From: an uncultured Rhodanobacteraceae bacterium
GTDB taxonomy: Bacteria > Pseudomonadota > Gammaproteobacteria > Xanthomonadales > SZUA-5
DNA length: 64,000 nt
Reading direction: 5' to 3'
NCBI GenBank assembly: GCA_937928755.1
Contig: CALEZI010000050.1
Coordinates: 2,361 to 66,360, forward strand
Under the pieces are notes generated by a model. It searched no databases and had not been told where the DNA came from. It was given only the letters and a program-made list of their open reading frames with translations. Positions 34,271 through 42,099 of the stretch are shown here, one piece after another (the stretch's first letter is position 1; every line of letters begins with the position of its first letter). The position numbers and the translations under genes are program-made.

Positions 34271-37078
34271 ATGCCTGCATCGATTCACCGATTGCGCAGC
34301 TTGCCTGCCGTGTTGATGTTCGCGGCGTCGCCATTGCTCGCGCAGACCGCCGATACCCGCTTTGGCGCCTGGAGCGAGGCGGGTGCAGCGAATCAGCCCG
34401 GGCGCGTGCTCGATGGCCTGCAACTGGATAATGGCAACTATCTGCAACTGAGCGCTGACGGTGTGGTCTGGCTCACCGGGCGCGAGGACGGACCGATTCC
34501 GCTCAACGATGCAGCGGCCCTGCGACCGCTCGGAACGACCTCCGCAATGCTGTACTTCGGCGGCCCGCTCCCTCGGGTGGTCCTGAGCGCCGATCGACCC
34601 GCGGGCATCCACCTCAGCGCCAACGATGGATTCACCTGGTACAGCGCTACCGGGCTCGATGCCAGCGGCGTCGATCTTGGCCTTGAGGCCCGGCCTGCCA
34701 GTGGTCAGGTGTTCCACTTGAGACAACTGCCGCAATCCGCCGGGCAGCCGGCGCAGCTGGCACTGCATGCGTCGGCCGATCGCGGTGAGTCGTTCAGCCG
34801 CATAGCCTTGTTGCCGTTTTACTCGGCGCTCGACTCGCAGCCGGCCGGCAACGCCTTCTACGTGCTGCGCGAAAACCTGCTGGTCGAGACCAATGTACTC
34901 GGGAACTTCCTGTCGGACGTCGGTGCGGTGCCGATCGACTTCCCGCCCGAAGCGCTGCGCGGCATCGGCGTCTGTGCCGGCGGGGTCGGCGCCGTGGATC
35001 ATGTCTGGGCCTTCTACAAGGTCGGCGACGGCGACAACGCCGAGGTGCGGGTGTACCGGTCGCTGGATGGCGGACGCCAATGGCAGGCGCGCACGTCGAT
35101 CCCGGGCAAGTTCCCGACGCGCATCCCGGTGCAGTGCTCGCGCAGCGATCCGTCGCTGGCGTTCGTCGCTGGCGAAGGGGCATGGCGGACCGCAGACGGC
35201 GGCAGCAGTTGGCAGCCGATTTCCGATGTGGCCGCTCACGCAACCGCGCCGCACAGCAATCTGCCGGCCGCCGTCCATCGTATCCGCAGTTCGCGTTTCG
35301 ATGAACGGTCAGAGCGATTGCTGTTCGCCACGGACGCGGGCCTGTACGAATCCGCTGACGCCGGGCGCACGGTGAGCCGCCTGCCGCAGACCTTGCGCAA
35401 CAGCCAATACCCGCAGCTCGCGAGCCGATCGCCGCTGGGAGATCTGGTTTTTCTCGCCGCCGGCGAGGGCGGCTACCAGCGCATGAACATCATCATGACG
35501 ACCCCGGCATTCAGCACCCGACGCGCCAGCGGCAGCTATCGGCGACTGGCGCTTGCCGATGACGGCAGCCGCGTATGGCTGGCCGGCGCTGACGGAGTTC
35601 TGCTGGATGCCGACCCGGCGAGCGCGACCGCGTCCCGCCTGTACCACTGGACCCTGCCCGATCGCGTGCGCGCCAGCAGCGACTTGTTGCTGGTGGCGAT
35701 GCCGGGCGATCGCGACCGCGCCCTGCTCGGCGGCGTGAATATCGACGGCGCACCGGGACTGCTGGAACTCGGTTTCGACGGCACCACGATCCACTGGCGC
35801 GCACTCGACCACCGATTCGCGACCGACGCCGCCAGCGTCGCTCTGACCGCGTCGCCGCATCAACAAGGTCGCTTGTACGTGGCCGATGCGTTGGGTCGGC
35901 TGCATCGCAGCGATGACGCGGGCCGCAGTTTCAGCCTGCTCGCGGGCGGCGCAGTCGTCGGCCAGGGGGTGCGCGAGATCCTGGTCGACCCGACCCGGCC
36001 CGATCGCCTGCTGCTGGGCGGCGACGCCGGCGCGCTGGCCAGCGTGCGCGAATCTCTCGACGGCGGCAGCAGCTTTCACGACTACGCCGACGGCCTGATT
36101 CCGACCACGGTCAACGCGCTGGCGCTGTCGGGCGATGGCCGCCATCTGTTCGCAGCCAGCGCCGATGGCCCGTGGTATCACGAACCCGCGACGGCGCGCT
36201 GGCGCCATATCGGCGCTGGCCAGGCGCCCGACCAGAATTACCTCGATGTCGAATATGTAGACCGCATCCAGCGCGCGCGCTTCGCCACTGCAGGTCGCGG
36301 CATGTGGCAGGTGCAGCTGCTGGCGCCGGCCCCGGCCGGCGCCACGCTCGACGAACCGCAAGCCGCGGGTTTGCCGTTGCCGCTGCCGGCGGCGCCGCAA
36401 TTTGGTTGTCCGGCCGGGTTCTATGTGGCGGAAGTCGATGATGGTCCGGGTGCCGGGGATCATCCGGGTAGCTTCGGAATGGAGCTGTTGCTGGATGCGC
36501 CCGGTACCCGCGAACTGGCGGGGGGCCTGAACTTTGGCGGGCTGATCGACGCCGGGCAACCCGGTTTCGCCGGCTTCAGCCTGCGCACCTCGCAAACCGT
36601 GCGCCTGGAGCTGCGCGCTGCCGACGCTCAAGGCGATCCCATCGCCCTGCAGGTGCGCGTGAGCCAGCGCATCGGAACGCACAGCAACGTGGTCCACGAA
36701 AGCACGCCGATGCTGTCCCTGGAGCAGCCGTGGCAGACCGAGCTGCTCTTGACCCCGGGGTTCTACGAAGCCCGGGTGGCGGCGCCCTGCTGCAGCGCGG
36801 ACACCGCGGGCGGCGCGCCCGAGGCGCAGTTCTATTTTTCGATGACGACGCCGGGCGGCCCTGGTTTCGAGGGCGGCGCGGTGGTCGGCGGTCATCATGC
36901 CAGCGTGGCCGGCCTGATCTCCGGCTTCGCGTCGTTCTGCCTGGCCCAGCCCCATTCGATCACTCTGCGCACGCTGAGCGCGCCCAGCTACGGTCCGGTT
37001 GGTGCCCGCGACCTCAGGCTGCGCTTGCGCGATGGCGAAGGACGCACGCTGCTGTTGTTGCCGGCCACCGCGCCCTGA
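34271..37078 (+). CDS. secreted multidomain protein P4: BNR/Asp-box (sialidase/Ycf48-like) beta-propeller(s) plus C-terminal shared Cys-Cys module (copy 4)
   Basis: ORF 34151..37078, with start at MPASIHRLRSLPAVLMFAASPLLA (ATG 34271). Asp-box motifs are SADRGESF, SLDGGRQW, TADGGSSW, SADAGRTV, SDDAGRSF and SLDGGSSF. The last 234 aa are the shared module. Confidence 0.8.
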   Translation: MPASIHRLRSLPAVLMFAASPLLAQTADTRFGAWSEAGAANQPGRVLDGLQLDNGNYLQLSADGVVWLTGREDGPIPLNDAAALRPLGTTSAMLYFGGPLPRVVLSADRPAGIHLSANDGFTWYSATGLDASGVDLGLEARPASGQVFHLRQLPQSAGQPAQLALHASADRGESFSRIALLPFYSALDSQPAGNAFYVLRENLLVETNVLGNFLSDVGAVPIDFPPEALRGIGVCAGGVGAVDHVWAFYKVGDGDNAEVRVYRSLDGGRQWQARTSIPGKFPTRIPVQCSRSDPSLAFVAGEGAWRTADGGSSWQPISDVAAHATAPHSNLPAAVHRIRSSRFDERSERLLFATDAGLYESADAGRTVSRLPQTLRNSQYPQLASRSPLGDLVFLAAGEGGYQRMNIIMTTPAFSTRRASGSYRRLALADDGSRVWLAGADGVLLDADPASATASRLYHWTLPDRVRASSDLLLVAMPGDRDRALLGGVNIDGAPGLLELGFDGTTIHWRALDHRFATDAASVALTASPHQQGRLYVADALGRLHRSDDAGRSFSLLAGGAVVGQGVREILVDPTRPDRLLLGGDAGALASVRESLDGGSSFHDYADGLIPTTVNALALSGDGRHLFAASADGPWYHEPATARWRHIGAGQAPDQNYLDVEYVDRIQRARFATAGRGMWQVQLLAPAPAGATLDEPQAAGLPLPLPAAPQFGCPAGFYVAEVDDGPGAGDHPGSFGMELLLDAPGTRELAGGLNFGGLIDAGQPGFAGFSLRTSQTVRLELRAADAQGDPIALQVRVSQRIGTHSNVVHESTPMLSLEQPWQTELLLTPGFYEARVAAPCCSADTAGGAPEAQFYFSMTTPGGPGFEGGAVVGGHHASVAGLISGFASFCLAQPHSITLRTLSAPSYGPVGARDLRLRLRDGEGRTLLLLPATAP
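36374..37075 (+). other. shared Cys-Cys module, copy 4 (C-terminus of P4)
   Basis: PLPLPAAPQFGCPAGFYVAEVDDGPGAG...LAGGLNFGGLIDAGQPGFAGF...PGFYEARVAAP...PGFEGGAVVGGHH...GFASFCLAQPHS...DLRLRL. Confidence 0.7.
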
Positions 37079-37183
37079 GCTCAGTGCAAAGCGCGGAGTT
37101 CAGGGGATGATCTTCATGTGGATCAAGGTGCCATCGGCGAGGATCTGATAAGCAGTCGCCAACGAAGCACGGAGCCTTTGGCC

Positions 37184-40171
37184 ATGAATCCCCGCAATCC
37201 GCGCGCAGCGCATCGCAGTATCGACGACCTTTGCGCCCGCGCCAGCGTGCTGCTCGCATTGCTCGTGGCGGGTGCCGCCGGGGCCTCCCCGGTGGTCCCG
37301 TTGCGCGATACCACGCTGGGCACCCAGGGCGACTTCGGTCGCGGCTGCGCCTTCGTCGGCAACCAGTTGCAGTGCTGGGGCGGCAACTCCAGCGGTTCGC
37401 TCGACATCGGCGCCACCGCATTGGAGTCGCTGACGACGTGGATGAAGCGACCGGATACGGCGTCAGGCGACTTTGACCGCCCGACCAGTCTGGTTGCGAT
37501 CGACCGCACCTGCCTGACCGATGCTGCCGGCGTCTGGTGCTGGGGGCGCAACGAGCGCGGCCAACTCGGGCTGGGCGATCGCGTCAATCGACCCACGCCG
37601 GAGCACTTGCCGGGGCTGCCGGGTGATGTCGTCGAGGTCGTGTTCGGGCGGTACCACGCCTGTGCCCGCACGCAGGCGAGCGGACTGTGGTGCTGGGGCG
37701 GCAACAACTACGGCGAGACCGGCCAGGCGCCGGGCGCTGCGGTGCTCGACCCGGTCACCAATGTGGTGATGAGCCCACCGCAAACGCGCGCCATGGCGGT
37801 GCCCGGCTTGCCGGCAACGCCGATTGCCGTGGCGCTCGGCGAGTACTTCAGTTGCGCGCTGGTCGGTACCGGGGTCTGGTGCTGGGGCAACAATGAACAG
37901 GGCCAGCTGGGCGATGGCAGCCAGATCGCGCGCCCGCTGCCGGCGCCGGTGACCGGCCTGCCGGCGACCATCCAGCGTATCGCCCTCGGCGAACAGCACG
38001 CCTGCGCCATCGATGGCATCGGCGATGTCTGGTGCTGGGGCAACAACCAGTCGGCACAGGTCGGCGTCGCGGCCAGCACGACGCGGCTGATCGAACCCTT
38101 GCCGCTGCGCGTCAATGCTATGGGCGGTCCGGCAACCCGGCTGTACCTGAGTTTCTCGCAGAGCTGCGCGCTGGTGGGTAGCGACAAGAAGTGCTGGGGT
38201 GTATCGATCGACGGAACCAATGGCCCGAACCCTCAAGTGATCGCCAAGCCTGCGGGTGCCCCCGCCGACTGGCTGTCCGACTGCTACTCGCTCGCGGGGG
38301 AATTGCAATGTCCGGTGGTCTCGACGCGCCACCCGCACACACCGCTCGACGCCCGCCCGGTGCCCGGATTGTCCGGTCGTCCGGCGCAGCTGGCGCTCAG
38401 CCGCGACTTTGCCTGCGCGCGGATGCCCGATCAGTCGGTGTGGTGCTGGGGCACCAATACCCGTGGCCAACTGGGGCAGGGCGATGTGAATGCGCGTGCG
38501 CAGGCCGTTCGTGTGCCGCTGCCGCCGACCCAACAGATCGCCGTCGGCACCGCGCACGCGTGCGCTGCCACCAGCGACGGCCTGTGGTGCTGGGGCAGCA
38601 ATGCCTACGCCGCACTCGGCGACGGTACTTCTGTCGATCGCCCAGCTCCGGTCCGCTCGCAATTCGCCGGCACGCTGATTGCCGCCGGCGAGGGCCACAC
38701 CTGCGCCTACGCCTCGGGCGGCGAGTTGCGCTGCTGGGGCAACAATTCGGTCGGTCAGGTCAGTGGACAGCACTCGGGGACGCTTCCGGGTGGCGCCTCG
38801 CCGCTGGGCGCGGCGGCAATCCGCGAACTGAGCGCCGGCCTGTCGCACACCTGCGCGGTATTGCAGTTGTCGGCTGGCGCCACGGAAACGCGCTGCTGGG
38901 GTCAGTTGCCGACGACCGCCGATGAGGCCACCGGCGGCATCACCGACTACAGTCCGCGCCTGATCACTCCCGGCAATCCGATACCGGCCGACTCCATCAT
39001 CACGCTGCGTTCGTCCGGGTTCACCACCTGCGCCGGCGACCGTTGTTTCGGTTTGAGCTACCTGCCGGCCGATCGTGGCGTGTTCCGCGTCGACCAGTTG
39101 CTTGTGCCGCCGATGCCGTCGCCGCGCGCGTTCGCCCTCGGCAGCCGCCTCGCGTGTCTGCAGGGCGCTGGAACCGATGTGCGCTGTTCGGCGCTGACCA
39201 ACCGCGCCTGCCAGTTCGAGTGGCTTGCACGCTTGCTGTTCACGCCAGGCCAGATGATCGGCTGCCAGTTCTCCGAATCGCTGGTCTCGCCTGCGGAGCG
39301 CGAGTGGATCCGCGTGATCGGCCTGCCATCGCCGCCGCTGTTGCTGCAAGGCGGCGAGCAGTACGCCTGCGCAGCGCTCGCCCAGGGCACTTATTGCTGG
39401 GGTCCGCGGGTGCCGCTTTACTTCAACGCGAGCGGAGCCGACTACGGTCCGGTCTACCGCGCGGGCGCCATCGAACCGGCACCGACGGTGGCGGTGCCAC
39501 TCGATCCGGCGCGCGCTTGCCCGGCGTATCTGGTGTCCTCGGTCAGTCTGCTCGACCCCTCCGCGGCGGACGCAGCAGGCGCCTGGGGCCAGGAGATCCT
39601 GCTCGGCAGCGGCAGGCGCTTCCTCAATGGCGGGCTCAATTTCGGCGGTTTCGGCAGCGCCGCGGGATCCGGCGTGCCGGGTTATGCGGCGTTTTCGATC
39701 AACAACCCGGCCAACAGCGAGCAGGCGGTGACACTCGATCTGCGCGGTGACGGCGGCGAGTTCACGCTCACGATCGAAAGCACGCTGCCGCCGTCGACCG
39801 CACGCATCGAAGTGCTGCGCGAACGCGTGACCCTGGTCGATGCGCCGCTGCGACGCAGTGTCAATCTGCGCAACGGTTTTCACATCGTGGTGCTGCAACC
39901 GGTCTCGGGGACACGCCTGTTCCTTGCCGGCATCGGCACCACCACCCTCGATGGGGGTCCTGCCGCATTTCAGGGCGGCGCCGTGGTCGGCGGCCATCTT
40001 GGCGGCGAGCAAACCGGCTTCAGCGGCATCTGCACCGACGACGCCACCAGCGTGTCGATCCGCACCGAGGCGCGCAGCAGCCGTGGCCTGATCGGTGCAA
40101 GCGACCTGCGCCTGCGCACGATCGAAGGCCAGACCGGCGCCATGCTTTACGACAGCGCGCCCGCCCAGTGA
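37184..40171 (+). CDS. secreted multidomain protein P5: RCC1-repeat beta-propeller(s) plus C-terminal shared Cys-Cys module (copy 5, most divergent)
   Basis: ORF 37118..40171. The ATG at 37184 follows GGAG and gives MNPRNPRAAHRSIDDLCARASVLLALLVAGAAGA. There are at least 10 RCC1-like blades, for example VWCWGRNERGQLGLGD, LWCWGGNNYGETG, VWCWGNNEQGQLGDG, VWCWGTNTRGQLGQGD and LRCWGNNSVGQV. Confidence 0.8.
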   Translation: MNPRNPRAAHRSIDDLCARASVLLALLVAGAAGASPVVPLRDTTLGTQGDFGRGCAFVGNQLQCWGGNSSGSLDIGATALESLTTWMKRPDTASGDFDRPTSLVAIDRTCLTDAAGVWCWGRNERGQLGLGDRVNRPTPEHLPGLPGDVVEVVFGRYHACARTQASGLWCWGGNNYGETGQAPGAAVLDPVTNVVMSPPQTRAMAVPGLPATPIAVALGEYFSCALVGTGVWCWGNNEQGQLGDGSQIARPLPAPVTGLPATIQRIALGEQHACAIDGIGDVWCWGNNQSAQVGVAASTTRLIEPLPLRVNAMGGPATRLYLSFSQSCALVGSDKKCWGVSIDGTNGPNPQVIAKPAGAPADWLSDCYSLAGELQCPVVSTRHPHTPLDARPVPGLSGRPAQLALSRDFACARMPDQSVWCWGTNTRGQLGQGDVNARAQAVRVPLPPTQQIAVGTAHACAATSDGLWCWGSNAYAALGDGTSVDRPAPVRSQFAGTLIAAGEGHTCAYASGGELRCWGNNSVGQVSGQHSGTLPGGASPLGAAAIRELSAGLSHTCAVLQLSAGATETRCWGQLPTTADEATGGITDYSPRLITPGNPIPADSIITLRSSGFTTCAGDRCFGLSYLPADRGVFRVDQLLVPPMPSPRAFALGSRLACLQGAGTDVRCSALTNRACQFEWLARLLFTPGQMIGCQFSESLVSPAEREWIRVIGLPSPPLLLQGGEQYACAALAQGTYCWGPRVPLYFNASGADYGPVYRAGAIEPAPTVAVPLDPARACPAYLVSSVSLLDPSAADAAGAWGQEILLGSGRRFLNGGLNFGGFGSAAGSGVPGYAAFSINNPANSEQAVTLDLRGDGGEFTLTIESTLPPSTARIEVLRERVTLVDAPLRRSVNLRNGFHIVVLQPVSGTRLFLAGIGTTTLDGGPAAFQGGAVVGGHLGGEQTGFSGICTDDATSVSIRTEARSSRGLIGASDLRLRTIEGQTGAMLYDSAPAQ
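39497..40168 (+). other. shared Cys-Cys module, copy 5 (C-terminus of P5)
   Basis: PLDPARACPAYL...LNGGLNFGGFGSAAGSGVPGYAAFSINNPANSE...AFQGGAVVGGHLGGEQTGFSGICTDD...SDLRLRT. Confidence 0.6.
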
Positions 40172-40523
40172 TGCAGGATCGCAATCCTCGGTTCGTCCTG
40201 AGCGTTTCCCGCGAGCCTTGCGAGCGGGAAATGGTCGAAGGACGCCCACCGCGCACCTGCTCAGCCCGCTTGCGATTCGCAAATGCCATGCATCTCCCAT
40301 GGCGCAACTACGCTGGGGGCGGTCCTCGCGACAGCATCGAACCCGGCAAGTCCGCGTCCTTCGACGGTTTCACCCGGAACAGTGTGGGGGAAACGCTCGG
40401 GACGAACGGTATCGCGATGGGTTCACCGAATGGTCACGAGCGCCGCCACCCGCGCGGCGATACCGCTATCCTGCGCGTCCCCGTCCGCCGCGCTGGCGAA
40501 CGCAAACTCATTTGAGGGTCGCC

Positions 40524-41348
40524 GTGAGCCACAACCTGCCCACCCATCCGACCGTCGACCAGCTCGAGGCCTTCCTGGTCGGATTCGGCGGCACCGATGG
40601 CGGTTATCTGCGCGCGCACTGGCCGCGTTTCGTCGAGACCAAGGCCGAGCTGATGACCACCTGGCCGCAGCAGCGCGGCAATCGCCTGCTGGATGTCGGT
40701 GGCCACTGGCTGCACCAGGCGGCGCTCTACGCGGTCGATGGTTTCGACGTCACATCGGTGGACCTGGCAGCGACGTTCGAGTTGCCGCACGTGCAGGCGC
40801 AGGCTCGGGCGCTGGGCATCAAGCTGCATCTGGAGACCAACCTCGAGCACCCGCAGGTGCTGTCGCAATTGCCGGACAACAGTTTCGACCTGATCTTGTT
40901 CAGCGAGATCATCGAGCACATCACCTTCAACCCGGTGGCGATGTGGACGGTGCTGTACAAGTTGCTGGCGCCCAAGGGCCGCATCGTCGTGACCACGCCG
41001 AACTACTACGCCCTGCGCGGTCGTTTGTGGAATCCCAAGCGCTTCCTGTCCGGCAATGGCGGCGGCCTGCCGGTGCGCGAAATCATGGATTACCACACCT
41101 ACGGCCATCACTGGAAGGAGTTCTCGGCCAAGGAGCTGATCGAATACTTCTACCGGGTGTCGCCCGACTTCTGCACCACCAAGGCGGCGCATCGCCACGC
41201 GTTCCACGAGCGCCAGTATGGTCCGCCGCCCGGCGGCTTGGCGCGCTGGCTCGAGAAACGTTTCCCGATCCTGCGCCCGAACCTGCACATGGAAATCGAC
41301 TTGCTCGAAAAGAAGCAGGGGATTCTGGCGAAACCGGGCTGGGCGTAG
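40524..41348 (+). CDS. class I SAM-dependent methyltransferase
   Basis: This is the C-terminal part of ORF 40095..41348. The GTG at 40524 is preceded by GAGGG and gives (M)SHNLPTHPTVDQLEAFLVGFGG. Contains LLDVGGHWLHQAALYAVDGFDVTSVDL (motif I-like), FDLILFSEIIEHI and LAPKGRIVVTTPN. Confidence 0.7.
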   Translation: MSHNLPTHPTVDQLEAFLVGFGGTDGGYLRAHWPRFVETKAELMTTWPQQRGNRLLDVGGHWLHQAALYAVDGFDVTSVDLAATFELPHVQAQARALGIKLHLETNLEHPQVLSQLPDNSFDLILFSEIIEHITFNPVAMWTVLYKLLAPKGRIVVTTPNYYALRGRLWNPKRFLSGNGGGLPVREIMDYHTYGHHWKEFSAKELIEYFYRVSPDFCTTKAAHRHAFHERQYGPPPGGLARWLEKRFPILRPNLHMEIDLLEKKQGILAKPGWA

Positions 41349-41776
41349 CCGATTGGCGTCGGCCGCGGCCGCGTAGCCGACGTCAGCCTTCGGCGTCACA
41401 AAAGCACGGAAAGCATCGGTGACCTTGAACCTCGTCATTGCGAGCGCAGCAAAGCAATCCAGTGACACTTCTTGGTTCTCGCGCTGTGGTTCACAGCAAG
41501 AGTTGCTGGATTGCTTCGTCGCTGCGCTCCTCGCAATGACGAGGCCCCCTAGTGGGCTGGGCGTAGCCGATTGGCGTCGGCCGCGTAGCGTTGCCGCGCT
41601 CACCGACGTCAGCCTTCGGCGTCACAAAAGCACGGAAAGCATCGGTGACCTTGAACCTCGTCATTGCGAGCGCAGCGAAGCAATCCAGTGACACTTCTTG
41701 GTTCTCGCGCTGTGGTTCACAGCAAGAGTCGCTGGATTGCTTCGTCGCTGCGCTCCTCGCAATGACGAGGCCCCCC
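41336..41776. repeat. ~218-bp tandem duplication (2 units), each containing a CATTGCGAG...GCAATCC inverted-repeat (MITE-like) element
   Basis: Unit 1 is 41336-41549 and unit 2 is 41554-41776. Both begin gggctgggcgtagccgattggcgtcggccgcg and end ctcgcaatgacgaggccccc. Unit 1 includes the last four codons and the stop of the methyltransferase. Confidence 0.85.
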
Positions 41777-41777
41777 A

Positions 41778-42022
41778 AGCCCGCATTTCTCACACCGGCG
41801 CGAAAAGATGCACGGATTTCCCGCCAATGCTCGATTTCACCTCTTCGGCTCCATACACACACCGTCGCCTGCATCTTTTCGCTTCGCGGCCCTGGCTTGG
41901 TCTTTGCGCCGAGGGCTGCGTTGCTCGTCGTCGCAATGGAGCAACCATTCCTCCTCCTCGCGCCTTGCCCTCGGCGCAAATCCCTTCGCCATCATCCACG
42001 ACCGGTGTGAGAAATGCGGGCT
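41778..42022. other. 245-bp element bounded by a perfect 21-bp inverted repeat with nested 13/14/7-bp stems (MITE or structured RNA) upstream of ilvI
   Basis: agcccgcatttctcacaccgg (41778-41798) pairs with ccggtgtgagaaatgcgggct (42002-42022). Inner stems are 41800-41812/41870-41882, 41903-41916/41967-41980 and 41920-41926/41939-41945. Confidence 0.6.
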
Positions 42023-42099
42023 AGTGTGCAACCGCAGCATTTCCGGTTTACTCTCGGGTGAACGGACGGTGAGGATGCCGTCGATCGCGTGAGGATGGG

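Noticed and set aside
17219-41348. The accessory block as a prophage, ICE or classic genomic island.
   Set aside because: There is no integrase, recombinase, transposase, tRNA/tmRNA attachment site, phage structural gene or conjugation gene, and no obvious flanking direct repeats. Base composition looks the same as the flanks by eye. The boundary repeats are the same REP/MITE families found throughout the window.
41778-42099. A classical ilv leader-peptide attenuator upstream of ilvI.
   Set aside because: I looked in all three forward frames for a short ORF with consecutive Val/Ile/Leu codons followed by a terminator/antiterminator pair and found none. The region is instead a closed multi-stem element (reported as a finding) with no U-tract terminator before ilvI.
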